A stretch of 64,000 nucleotides of DNA from Bacillota bacterium (GTDB lineage: Bacteria; Bacillota; Clostridia; Lachnospirales; Lachnospiraceae), in NCBI GenBank assembly GCA_023392995.1, contig JAEWMZ010000249.1, positions 5,199-69,198 of the forward strand. Reading direction: 5' to 3'. The notes beneath the pieces are model-generated. The model saw only the letters and a program-made list of their open reading frames with translations. It was not told the DNA's origin and did no database searches. Each line of letters opens with the position of its first letter. Within the stretch, counting starts at the first letter, position 1. Shown here piece by piece: positions 38,018-47,749 of this stretch. The translations under genes were made by a program, and so were the position numbers.

Positions 38018-40816
38018 ATGGAGATAGTACAGATTACCTGTGAATCAATGAAGAATTCAATTTCAGTGACTACGCAAACACCTACTTTTTCATGGAAAAT
38101 AATATCTGAGCAGAATAATGTATTTCAGGAGGCTTATCAGATGATTGTTTCTCAGGAGGGGAGAGGCATCGTTTGGGATAGTGGAATCGTAAAAGAAAGT
38201 GACACGGTAGGAATCCTTTATGCAGGAGAGCCGTTGGAGTCATGTTCCCGATATCGGTATCAAATAACTATATGGAATAATATGGGGGAACAAGTTTCCA
38301 GTAGTGAATGTTATTTTGAAACAGCATTTTTCCATGATAGTGAATGGAGTGGCGCAAGATGGATCGAGCCGGAAGCACTTCCTCAGCTTAAGGAAAATCC
38401 ACTTAAACAAGCATATCAAGAGTGGCAGGATATTATGGAAGCAATGATGCGTGGAGAAGCAACAGAAATGCGACTGGAAGGAGATATTATGGAGTCATTA
38501 CCATTGGAGCCATATGATCCGGCTGTACGTATGAGAAAACCTTTTTCCTGTAAGGGAGGAATACAGAGGGCAAGATTATACCTTACGGCACATGGAATCT
38601 ATGATGTCAAAATTAATGGAAAAGAGATCACAGATACACTTTTTAATCCTGGATTTACAACCTATGACAAAAGAATCCTATATCAGGTATATGAAGTAGA
38701 GGATCTGTTAAGTGACGAAAATGCTATTTCTGTTACAATTGCAGACGGATGGTATAAGGGAAAGATTGCTATTGGACGTGGTTGTGAATACGGAGAGGTT
38801 CCGGGACTCCTGCTGAAAATGGTAATCTGGTATGAAAATGGAGAGACTCAGTTGATAGAAAGCGATCAGAGCTGGGACTATAGTTACGACGGCCCGGTTC
38901 AAATTGCAGATTTGTTTCTTGGAGAGGTGTATGATGCTACAAAAGATGATGGAGATCCATCCTTAGTAACTTATGATGCGAATAAGTGGAAGCCGGTCTA
39001 TGTGAAAGAAGAAGCAGATGAGAAGCTTGAAGCTCAAATATATCCTCCGGTACGCATCTTTCAGGAATTGCCTGCTGTGAAAGTATGGACAGCACCAAAT
39101 GGTGACACACTTGTAGATTTTGGACAAAATCTTGCCGGAATGCTTCGTGTAGAGATTGCCGGAAGTGCGAATGAATGTATTACGTTTGAGCACGGAGAGA
39201 CATTGGATAAGGATGGAAACTACTTTTACATTTTATCGGAAACCAACAAAGCACAAAAAGATGTTTATATTTGTAAAGGTGAGTGTACGGAAATCTATCA
39301 ACCTAAATTTACCTATCATGGATTTCGATATGTGCGTGTGACTGGAGGGAAAGAATGGACAAAACAACAGTTTACGGCATTGGCAATCAGTTCCGATAAT
39401 ATGGTGACAGGAGCCTTTCATTGTTCGGATGAGAACATGAATCGTTTGCAGCAGAATATTTACTGGAGTCAGCGTTCCAATAATATAGCAATTCCTACGG
39501 ATTGTCCAACAAGAGAGAAAGCAGGGTGGACGGGTGATGTTGTTGTATATGGTGCAACTGCTTTGTTCAATCAGGAGATGACAGCTTTTTATAAAGATTG
39601 GCTTAAGAGCATTCGAACCGAGCAGGGAGAGAATGGACATATTCTTGGAACAGTACCCCAGATTAAAAGCTATTTTTCTCAGGCACAAGCCGGCTCTCTG
39701 GGCTGGGGAGATGTTATTCTGACACTTCCGTGGCAATTGTATCAGTTGTTTGGCGACAAGACAGTTCTGACAGAAAACTACGAGGCAATGGGTAAATGGT
39801 TATATGCAATGGAACTGGCTGCTTATGAATTACCGAATGCTTATAATACATTAGGTCAACAAAATGTATTTCCTGATCAGCTGGAAGGTAGACGTTTAGA
39901 AAATCAGCATTATTTAATTAATTCAGGATTTCACTTTGGCGATTGGGTTATTCCAAGTGTAGTAAATGAACAAGGCTTTTGCGATGGCCCGGCATCTGCC
40001 TTTTTGACTATGAATTATGCGGATACCAGTATACTCGCTCATATCGCAGATTTATATGCAGAAATTTCAGAAATTCTGGGGTATGATGATAATGCAAAAA
40101 AATATCAACACTATGCAAATCGTGTAAGAGAAGCGTTTACAGAAGAATATGTAACAAAAGACCAGCGATTAGGGCAGGAAATGCAGGGGAATTATATTCT
40201 TGCATTAAAGTACAAAATGGTACCCGAAGACACGGCAAAAGCATTTGCGAAAAGATTGAATGAATTGATTACTCAAAATAAATTCCGTCTTGACACCGGA
40301 TTTATGTCGACACCACATCTTCTAGACGTCTTGTGTGATTATGGCTATCAGGATGCTGCATGGAAGGTACTGTTTCAGAAGGAATGTCCGTCCTGGCTTT
40401 ATGAGATTGAAAAGGGAGCCACAACGATATGGGAAAACTGGGATGCAATTCGTCAGGATGGGGCAATAGGTGGTTGCTCTTTTAACCATTATGCATTTGG
40501 TTGTGTTGGTGATTTCCTGTATCGAAGAGCCCTGGGTATCCAAAATGCCGGTGTCGGATATGATCAGATTCTGATTGCCCCCGAATATAATATTCCGCTG
40601 AATAAGGTGGAAGGTTCTTATGATAGTGTTAGAGGAAAGATACAGCTTTGTTGGGAAAAAACTGGTGAAGAAATCCATATTTCTGGCAGGATTCCGGCAA
40701 ATACCAATGCTCGTTTATGTTTGCCGAATGGCGAAAGAAAAACACTTGGTAACGGTAAATTTGCTATTTCTGTAACTGAGAAAGGGGATCAGGTATTCAC
40801 AGAGTCTATAAGATAA
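38018..40816 (+). CDS. GH78 alpha-L-rhamnosidase family protein
   Basis: GGAGG RBS; DFGQN, FTYHGFRY, PTDCPTREKAGWTGD, GATTIWENW, SFNHY. Confidence 0.92.
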   Translation: MEIVQITCESMKNSISVTTQTPTFSWKIISEQNNVFQEAYQMIVSQEGRGIVWDSGIVKESDTVGILYAGEPLESCSRYRYQITIWNNMGEQVSSSECYFETAFFHDSEWSGARWIEPEALPQLKENPLKQAYQEWQDIMEAMMRGEATEMRLEGDIMESLPLEPYDPAVRMRKPFSCKGGIQRARLYLTAHGIYDVKINGKEITDTLFNPGFTTYDKRILYQVYEVEDLLSDENAISVTIADGWYKGKIAIGRGCEYGEVPGLLLKMVIWYENGETQLIESDQSWDYSYDGPVQIADLFLGEVYDATKDDGDPSLVTYDANKWKPVYVKEEADEKLEAQIYPPVRIFQELPAVKVWTAPNGDTLVDFGQNLAGMLRVEIAGSANECITFEHGETLDKDGNYFYILSETNKAQKDVYICKGECTEIYQPKFTYHGFRYVRVTGGKEWTKQQFTALAISSDNMVTGAFHCSDENMNRLQQNIYWSQRSNNIAIPTDCPTREKAGWTGDVVVYGATALFNQEMTAFYKDWLKSIRTEQGENGHILGTVPQIKSYFSQAQAGSLGWGDVILTLPWQLYQLFGDKTVLTENYEAMGKWLYAMELAAYELPNAYNTLGQQNVFPDQLEGRRLENQHYLINSGFHFGDWVIPSVVNEQGFCDGPASAFLTMNYADTSILAHIADLYAEISEILGYDDNAKKYQHYANRVREAFTEEYVTKDQRLGQEMQGNYILALKYKMVPEDTAKAFAKRLNELITQNKFRLDTGFMSTPHLLDVLCDYGYQDAAWKVLFQKECPSWLYEIEKGATTIWENWDAIRQDGAIGGCSFNHYAFGCVGDFLYRRALGIQNAGVGYDQILIAPEYNIPLNKVEGSYDSVRGKIQLCWEKTGEEIHISGRIPANTNARLCLPNGERKTLGNGKFAISVTEKGDQVFTESIR

Positions 40817-40881
40817 TCATCAACCCTCATACGCAATTTTGGATAAGTTATAGTTCGAAAGCTGAAGGAAGGTAAAAACTT

Positions 40882-42093
40882 ATGAATCTAGAATCAGTGA
40901 AAAACCTATGTAAAATGATTACTGATACTTATCAAATCGGAGTTTATTTTTATGATACGGAAGGTGACTTAGTTTTTACAGTAGTGGATCGAACGGAGCA
41001 GCTAATTAACAGTAAGATCTTCGGAATGGATCAATTTTCCTGGCAATGTATTTTTAGAAAGGATGTTAGAGTTTATATTAATGAGTATAGTATGACTTGG
41101 ATAGGAATACCGGTTTTATCTGCAGAAATAATCAGAGGCGCCATTATCATTGGACCCGTCTTTTCCAAGAGAATGTTGAGTCAAACTTTAAAGGGAGTGT
41201 CTGAAAAGAATGGATTTGAGGGAGAACAAGCCAATTCTATACTTAATTATATTATGGAGCTGCAAGTCTATTCATACAGTGAATATATTCAGTTAATAAA
41301 AGTAATCTATTTTCATCTATACAATAAGGAGTTTGACGAAAGCGATCTGAAATCATCGAATGAGCAAATTGAAGCGAATATGCAATTACAAGAATATCAT
41401 AGCGATCAGATTGATGTAAATAAGATGGAATTTCATGGAACTTACCAATTAGAACAGTCTATCATGGAATGTATTCGTACTGGGCATGTTGATACATTAA
41501 TGCGGATAGCACTAAACCAAGAGTATGGAAATCCTGGAAATTTAAGTGATGGCAACGAGCTTAGGCAGGAAAAAAATATATTTATTGTAATAACGACCCT
41601 TGCTACAAGAGCTGCGATTGAAGGAGGCCTAAATAGTGAAATTGCGTATAGCGTTAGTGATATGTATATTCAACAGGCAGAAGCACTAAAATCAATTAGG
41701 AAGATACAGGATCTTTCACTTCAAATGCTATTAGATTTTACTGGTAGGGTTAATCAACATAATGGAAATAAGAGCTATTCTGTTACTATTTGTAAGGCCT
41801 GTGAATATATTAGTGCTCATATATATGATGATATAAATTTATCGGATTTAGCGTGTTATCTTCAAGTTAGTAATGGACATTTGTCAAGGTTATTTAACAA
41901 TGAAACAGAAAAGTCCATAGTAGACTATATCAAGGAAGTAAGAATTAATGAAGCAAAGTTCTTATTAAAATATTCAAATTATTCCATAGCAGAAATAAGT
42001 GCAAAATTGCAGTTCAGTACACAAAGTTATTTTAGCAATGTTTTTAAAGAAATTACAGGACTCACTCCAAAACAATTCAAAGGTTTAGAATAG
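40882..42093 (+). CDS. AraC family regulator, ~400-aa type
   Basis: TLATRAAIEGG central motif; FSTQSYF...TP HTH. Confidence 0.9.
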   Translation: MNLESVKNLCKMITDTYQIGVYFYDTEGDLVFTVVDRTEQLINSKIFGMDQFSWQCIFRKDVRVYINEYSMTWIGIPVLSAEIIRGAIIIGPVFSKRMLSQTLKGVSEKNGFEGEQANSILNYIMELQVYSYSEYIQLIKVIYFHLYNKEFDESDLKSSNEQIEANMQLQEYHSDQIDVNKMEFHGTYQLEQSIMECIRTGHVDTLMRIALNQEYGNPGNLSDGNELRQEKNIFIVITTLATRAAIEGGLNSEIAYSVSDMYIQQAEALKSIRKIQDLSLQMLLDFTGRVNQHNGNKSYSVTICKACEYISAHIYDDINLSDLACYLQVSNGHLSRLFNNETEKSIVDYIKEVRINEAKFLLKYSNYSIAEISAKLQFSTQSYFSNVFKEITGLTPKQFKGLE

Positions 42094-42100
42094 GTGATAA

Positions 42101-43321
42101 ATGAATAAGAATTCAGTTGAAAATCTATGTGAAATGCTCGCCAATACGTATAAGTTAGGAGTGTATTGTTATGATGAGGGAGGGTTGCCGGCATTTTCAG
42201 GAGAAGGGAGAAGGTATCCATTATTTGACCTCCGGGCTTTTGAAACAATCTGTTATGTCAAGAAAGACAAGCTTTATAAAGAAGTAAATATTTATCAGAA
42301 TAGATACGGAATGAGTTGTATCGGTATACCATTAATCATTAATAATCCCTTGCGAGGGGTAATTCTGATTGGACCATATCTCATTCATAATGTCTCTGAT
42401 GAAAATATAATGAAGTTCGTTCAGGAATTAGAAATAACAGAAGAGAGAAAAAAAGAGTTGGTGGAATATTTATTAAGGGCACCAATCTATCCATATGATA
42501 GTTATATTAAAATAATAAAAACAACTTATTATTATATTAACAATAACGTGTTTGATGAGAACTGCCTTAATCCCTTAAATGATAGAAAGCAAACAGAGGA
42601 TTTATTTAAGGGATTAAAGAGCAGCCAAATAAGCTTAAGCAAACTGGAGTTTCACGGAACATATATGCAGGAACGCGCTGTTATTGAAGTCATACGTACA
42701 GGTAACCTTGAGGAACTAACAAAATTAGTTGTTGTTGGTAAGTATGGAGATATCAGTAATGGAAATGAATTACGTCAGCAAAAGAATCTATTTATCGTAA
42801 CGACTACCTTAGCTACGAGAGCAGCGATCGATGGGGGTGTAAATAGTGAAATTGCATTAACCATAAGTGATATGTATATTCGCCAGATGGAAGCACTAAA
42901 ATCCATACCAAAGATCTTGGAGCTCTCTTTAAAAATGATTTACGACTTTACCAGAAGAGTGCATGAATTAATAGAGTTGAAAATCTATCATACAATAACG
43001 AACAAGACAATGAACTACATCAAAACACATGTTTATGAAGATGTTAAATTATCCGATATTGCAAGCAATCTTAAGATCAGCGAAGGGCATTTATCAAGAA
43101 GCTTTTATAAAGAAACTGGGAAATCAGTTGTTGACTATGTGAAAGAAGTTAAGATAAATGAGGCAAAGTATTTTTTAAAATATACAAACTATACTTTGCT
43201 GGAAATAAGTGAAAAGTTATCGTTTAGTTCACAAAGTTATTTTGGTAAGGTATTTAAAGATAATTCGGGAATTTCTCCTAAACAATTTAGAGATGAGGTA
43301 AAAGAAATAGCGAAATATTAA
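42101..43321 (+). CDS. AraC family regulator, tandem paralog of 40882
   Basis: GNELRQQKN...TLATRAAIDGGVNSEIA; FSSQSYF. Confidence 0.9.
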   Translation: MNKNSVENLCEMLANTYKLGVYCYDEGGLPAFSGEGRRYPLFDLRAFETICYVKKDKLYKEVNIYQNRYGMSCIGIPLIINNPLRGVILIGPYLIHNVSDENIMKFVQELEITEERKKELVEYLLRAPIYPYDSYIKIIKTTYYYINNNVFDENCLNPLNDRKQTEDLFKGLKSSQISLSKLEFHGTYMQERAVIEVIRTGNLEELTKLVVVGKYGDISNGNELRQQKNLFIVTTTLATRAAIDGGVNSEIALTISDMYIRQMEALKSIPKILELSLKMIYDFTRRVHELIELKIYHTITNKTMNYIKTHVYEDVKLSDIASNLKISEGHLSRSFYKETGKSVVDYVKEVKINEAKYFLKYTNYTLLEISEKLSFSSQSYFGKVFKDNSGISPKQFRDEVKEIAKY

Positions 43322-43634
43322 CATCTGAAAATAAATGAGCAGAAACATACGAGACATAACAAATATCTGATGATATCAGATATAAATAAAGTATTGGTAT
43401 AAATAATTAATATTTCTGGTTGATAATTCGTTAAAAATATTTTGCTCGTGGATATTTTTGTAAAGATAGCACAAAATCTAATAGGACGATATTAGTATTG
43501 ATTATAGAATTTCCAAGCTGATCATTATTTTACAAAAAATATATGAATATTGATATATATTTCATGCTGACTTGCATTAAAATGTCTAAGTAGTCTAATC
43601 GTATGACTATCTATAAATAAGAGGAGGATATGAA

Positions 43635-45359
43635 ATGAAAAGTATCAAGAAATTATTCGCAATGCTATTATGCATGACACTGATTATCACCTCATTCAGT
43701 GGCTGTAAAAAGTCTGATGGTACATCTGAGGATACAGCAAATGGTAATGATGGAACAACGACTGAGGTTTCTCCAACTGCAACAGAGAAAGAACTTGTAG
43801 AGATTGACTATTCAGAACCTGTGGAATTTTCCTACTGGTTATATGCTTCACCGAATGATTACTATTCAAACTATAGTGAAAACCCTGTGGTATGGTATCT
43901 GAATAAAAAGTTCAACATGACTCTTAAGGTGGAACAACCGGCAGCTGGTACAGAAAGTGATGCTTTAAGCCTTATGTTCGGTACAGGAGAATATACAGAT
44001 ATGATTGATGCCAGTTATTATACAGGTTCAATTAGCCAGCTATATGATGATGGTATTATTGTCAACATAGCAGATTATCTTGATTATATGCCCAATTTTA
44101 AGAAGTTACTGGATTCCGATGAGGTGTTCCGCAAGCATGCTTATAATGATGAAGGTCAAATATTACAGTTAAGATATATTTCGGATGTAGATGGCATTAT
44201 GTGGGGTGGATTCGTATACAGACGAGATATATTAGATACAATGACAGGTGGTAATATTCAGTTCCCGAGCGGGAAGGATGAGCCTACTACCATCGAAGAT
44301 TGGGACTATATGCTTCCACTCATGAAACAATATTTTGAAGCATCCGGTATGACTGATTATGGTGTATTAATTCTCCCTGCTGCCGGGTATTTTTCAGCGA
44401 GTAACCTAGTAAACAGCTTTGGCGTTGGTGCTTCTTATTATGTAAAGGATGGCACCGTAAAATATGGACCGATTGAAGATGGCTTCTACAATTATCTGAA
44501 GAAAATGAATGAATGGTACAAAGCAGGCTATATCTATAAAGACTTTGCGAGTAGAACCAATGATCTCTTCTACTTACCCAATACCTCTTTAACTTATGGC
44601 GGTGGAGCTGGAATTTGGTTTGGATTAGATAGCCAATTGGGAGATGTATTATCATTGCCCGATTACGGCCTGAATGTCGATGTTCAAGGTATTCCAGATC
44701 CAATAGATACTGCAACAGGAGTAACCGCTGCACCTAACTATATGTTTAATAGTAAAAGTGAGCAGGGCGGTGGTACTTTTGTTAGTACATCATGCAAGAA
44801 TATTGAAAGACTATTGGCAACGATGGACTTCATGTATTCAGAAGAAGGTTCTTATCTAAAAGGCTATGGTCTCACGAAAGAACAAGGATCTGCAGAAAAT
44901 GAATTTTATAAGAAAAATGGCTTGGAAGATGGTGCATATACGATTGCAGAAGATGGTACCTTTACCTATAACAATAAATTAGATGTTGTGGGAGGACCTG
45001 TAAAAGATGCTGGTTCTTTTAGAGCGTTACGTTTTCCTGGGTTAAGCAGTGAGGTGCATAATTTGGCAGTTAAGACAGATGTGCAATTGGCAGCCAGTGA
45101 TAAATGGACTATGTACCAGGATAGCAACATGGCATTGCCGTTGTCTTTATCAAGAACAACTGAGGAAGATGATACTTATACCAGCAATCAGACCAATATT
45201 GATGATTACATAAATTCCATGGTATTAAAGTTCATTCTTGGAAGCGAAGAATTGAACGATCAAAGTTGGGCAGCCTTTAAAGCGCAGATTGAATCTTTTG
45301 GAATACAGGATAATCTTGCAATCCAGCAAGCTGCATATGATCGTTATCTTACTAGATAA
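43635..45359 (+). CDS. Carbohydrate ABC transporter substrate-binding lipoprotein
   Basis: Lipobox FSGC, Thr/Asp-rich linker, C-terminal QAAYDRY. Confidence 0.9.
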   Translation: MKSIKKLFAMLLCMTLIITSFSGCKKSDGTSEDTANGNDGTTTEVSPTATEKELVEIDYSEPVEFSYWLYASPNDYYSNYSENPVVWYLNKKFNMTLKVEQPAAGTESDALSLMFGTGEYTDMIDASYYTGSISQLYDDGIIVNIADYLDYMPNFKKLLDSDEVFRKHAYNDEGQILQLRYISDVDGIMWGGFVYRRDILDTMTGGNIQFPSGKDEPTTIEDWDYMLPLMKQYFEASGMTDYGVLILPAAGYFSASNLVNSFGVGASYYVKDGTVKYGPIEDGFYNYLKKMNEWYKAGYIYKDFASRTNDLFYLPNTSLTYGGGAGIWFGLDSQLGDVLSLPDYGLNVDVQGIPDPIDTATGVTAAPNYMFNSKSEQGGGTFVSTSCKNIERLLATMDFMYSEEGSYLKGYGLTKEQGSAENEFYKKNGLEDGAYTIAEDGTFTYNNKLDVVGGPVKDAGSFRALRFPGLSSEVHNLAVKTDVQLAASDKWTMYQDSNMALPLSLSRTTEEDDTYTSNQTNIDDYINSMVLKFILGSEELNDQSWAAFKAQIESFGIQDNLAIQQAAYDRYLTR

Positions 45360-45398
45360 AATCTATTTATAATTATACTGAATGATAGACAAGTAATT

Positions 45399-45427
45399 GT
45401 AAGGTATGGGACACCCCCATACCTTAC
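45399..45427 (+). other. Intra-operon stem-loop after the SBP gene
   Basis: GTAAGGTATGGG / CCCATACCTTAC with a weak U-tail; such stems are often mRNA stabilisers. Confidence 0.6.
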
Positions 45428-45547
45428 CTTATAAATCTATCACAATACCAAGGATTAACAGATTAAAATGACTAAATGTAATGATGATATACAGCTTATA
45501 TGTATCAAAGCGTTAGCGCCGCTCTTAAGCGGTGGATTGGAGGATAA

Positions 45548-46492
45548 ATGAGTTCGACGAAAGAATTGAATAAAACTCCCAAAGTGGTGAAAACCTCTTG
45601 GAAGCGAGATTTTAAAATGAATTGGAAAATATATTTGATCGTTCTGCCGATTATTGTATACTTTATCATATTTAATTATCTACCGATGGGCGGATTAATC
45701 ATGGCGTTCCAGAAATTCAGTCCTGTAAAAGGTTTTTTTGGAAGTGATTTTGTAGGATTTGATAATTTTATTCAGTTCTTTACCGCACCAAACTTTTTTG
45801 AAATACTTAGAAATACCTTTGTAATCAGTTTATTAGGTTTGCTAATCGGATTTCCGCTCTCGATTGTTTTTGCATTACTGCTCAATGAGATATACATTAC
45901 CCTATTTAAGAAGACGGTACAAACCATTAGCTATATGCCTTATTTCGTTTCAACTGTTGTAATCTGCGGACTTATTATCGATTTTGTATCTTCTAATGGT
46001 GTAATTACAAACCTTTTGGTTAAGATCGGGTTTGAGAGACAGAATTTGTTATTAAATCCGAATTACTTCTGGGGGATAAATCTTCTGTCTGATATATGGC
46101 AGGGACTTGGCTATGGATCGATTATATTCATAGCTGCCATAGCTGGGGTAAGTCAGGAACAGCATGAAGCCGCTGCAATTGATGGTGCATCAAGATTAAA
46201 GAGAGCGTGGCATGTAACAATTCCGGGTATTATGCCAACCATTATAACGATGCTCATATTGAAATGTGGTATGTTAATGACAGTTGGATTTGATAAGATT
46301 CTATTATTATATAATCCCAGCGTCTATGAAACAGCGGATGTTATTTCCACCAATGTTCAGCGTATGGGTCTTGAGAAGATGCAATATGGTTATTCTGCTG
46401 CGGTTGGTCTATTTAACTCGGTAGTAGGTACAACCTTGCTTCTTGTTTCCAACGCAATCAGTAAAAAATATGCGGAACATTCTGTTCTTTAA
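45548..46492 (+). CDS. Carbohydrate ABC permease (LplB/YteP-like)
   Basis: EAAAIDGA EAA loop; QTISYMPYFVS. Confidence 0.92.
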   Translation: MSSTKELNKTPKVVKTSWKRDFKMNWKIYLIVLPIIVYFIIFNYLPMGGLIMAFQKFSPVKGFFGSDFVGFDNFIQFFTAPNFFEILRNTFVISLLGLLIGFPLSIVFALLLNEIYITLFKKTVQTISYMPYFVSTVVICGLIIDFVSSNGVITNLLVKIGFERQNLLLNPNYFWGINLLSDIWQGLGYGSIIFIAAIAGVSQEQHEAAAIDGASRLKRAWHVTIPGIMPTIITMLILKCGMLMTVGFDKILLLYNPSVYETADVISTNVQRMGLEKMQYGYSAAVGLFNSVVGTTLLLVSNAISKKYAEHSVL

Positions 46493-46600
46493 CAACGATT
46501 AGACATAAGATATCTTGATATTATGTACATGTAGTACTGCGCAGCAAAGCAGAATACGCAATGAGATTATCTCGGTTTTAACAAAAGGAGCATAAATAAA

Positions 46601-47491
46601 ATGGTAGAAAAAGTATCTTTAAGCAGAATTATATTCAATATATTAAACTATGGATTTATGATATTGGTATGCATTGCTTGTATCGCACCAATATGGCATG
46701 TTGTTATGGCATCTTTAAGTGATCCGAGAGAGCTGATGGCAGCAAATGGTCTTTTACTAAAGCCACTTGGGAAAGCAACCTTGAAAGGGTATGAACTTGT
46801 TTTAAAAAACCCGAACATTATTACGGGGTACATCAATACTCTTATTTATGTTTCAACAACCACACTAATTGGTGCCATATTAACAATAATTGCTGGTTTT
46901 GTAATCAGTCGTGAAAATCTAAAGTTAAAGGTGCCAATCACACTGTTTATGTTATTTACAATGATGTTCGGAGGAGGTCTTATCCCAAGTTATATGGTAA
47001 ATCGAGCACTTGGTTTGGTTAATACCCCTTACGCTATCATTATTCCCGGAGTTATCAACGGCTTCTTCATCATAATGATGAAGTCGGCATTCGATCAGTT
47101 ACCGGCAAGCTATGAAGAGTCCGCAAAAATTGATGGAGCAGAACCGTTGACCATACTTCTTAAGATTTTGGTGCCGCTTATTAAATCAACAATTGCTGTT
47201 ATAGTAATGTTTAATGTGGTAATGCAATGGAATTCCTGGTTTCCGGCATCTATTTACTTAACGAAAAGAAGAGACCTATGGCCTTTGCAGTTGTTTATGC
47301 GAGAAATTTTAGTTCAAAATGATACAGCTAGAATTTTAAGTGGTTCGGATGCAGTGAGTAAAGCAGATTTTACTACTAACTTAGTAAAATACTGTGTTGT
47401 GGTAGTAGGTACCTTTCCCATCTTATGCATCTATCCGTTTGTACAAAAGTATTTTGTAAAAGGTGTTACACTAGGTGGAGTGAAAGGGTAG
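46601..47491 (+). CDS. Carbohydrate ABC permease (LplC/YtcP-like)
   Basis: FGGGLIP, ESAKIDGA, YPFVQKYFVKG..LGGVKG. Confidence 0.92.
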   Translation: MVEKVSLSRIIFNILNYGFMILVCIACIAPIWHVVMASLSDPRELMAANGLLLKPLGKATLKGYELVLKNPNIITGYINTLIYVSTTTLIGAILTIIAGFVISRENLKLKVPITLFMLFTMMFGGGLIPSYMVNRALGLVNTPYAIIIPGVINGFFIIMMKSAFDQLPASYEESAKIDGAEPLTILLKILVPLIKSTIAVIVMFNVVMQWNSWFPASIYLTKRRDLWPLQLFMREILVQNDTARILSGSDAVSKADFTTNLVKYCVVVVGTFPILCIYPFVQKYFVKGVTLGGVKG

Positions 47492-47633
47492 ACGAGCCTA
47501 GAAATATAGAAGAAAGTAAAGTATACAGTGGCAATTAGAAAGATTGCTAAAATGCAATATGTATGCAAGAATACATGTAATCCAATATTACCACTGGAGT
47601 ATCACGTTCCAGAAAATAAAGGGCAAGACCCAT

Positions 47634-47693
47634 AAGTTCCAGCTTCTAATCAGATGCCAAACAAAGAGGTGTATGAGGTAGAAGCTGGAACTT
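47634..47693. repeat. 15-bp perfect inverted repeat with a 30-nt loop upstream of GH78
   Basis: AAGTTCCAGCTTCTA / TAGAAGCTGGAACTT. Confidence 0.8.
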
Positions 47694-47749
47694 TCATTAT
47701 TAAAGTTTTGCACAGGAACATTATATTGTTAATTAGGAGGATATTTGTT

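Noticed and set aside
43469..43510. Sixth copy of the AraC motif before the ABC SBP gene
   Set aside because: GCACAAAATCTAATA is a poorer match and its spacing to TAGAAT is off by 1-2 nt; not counted
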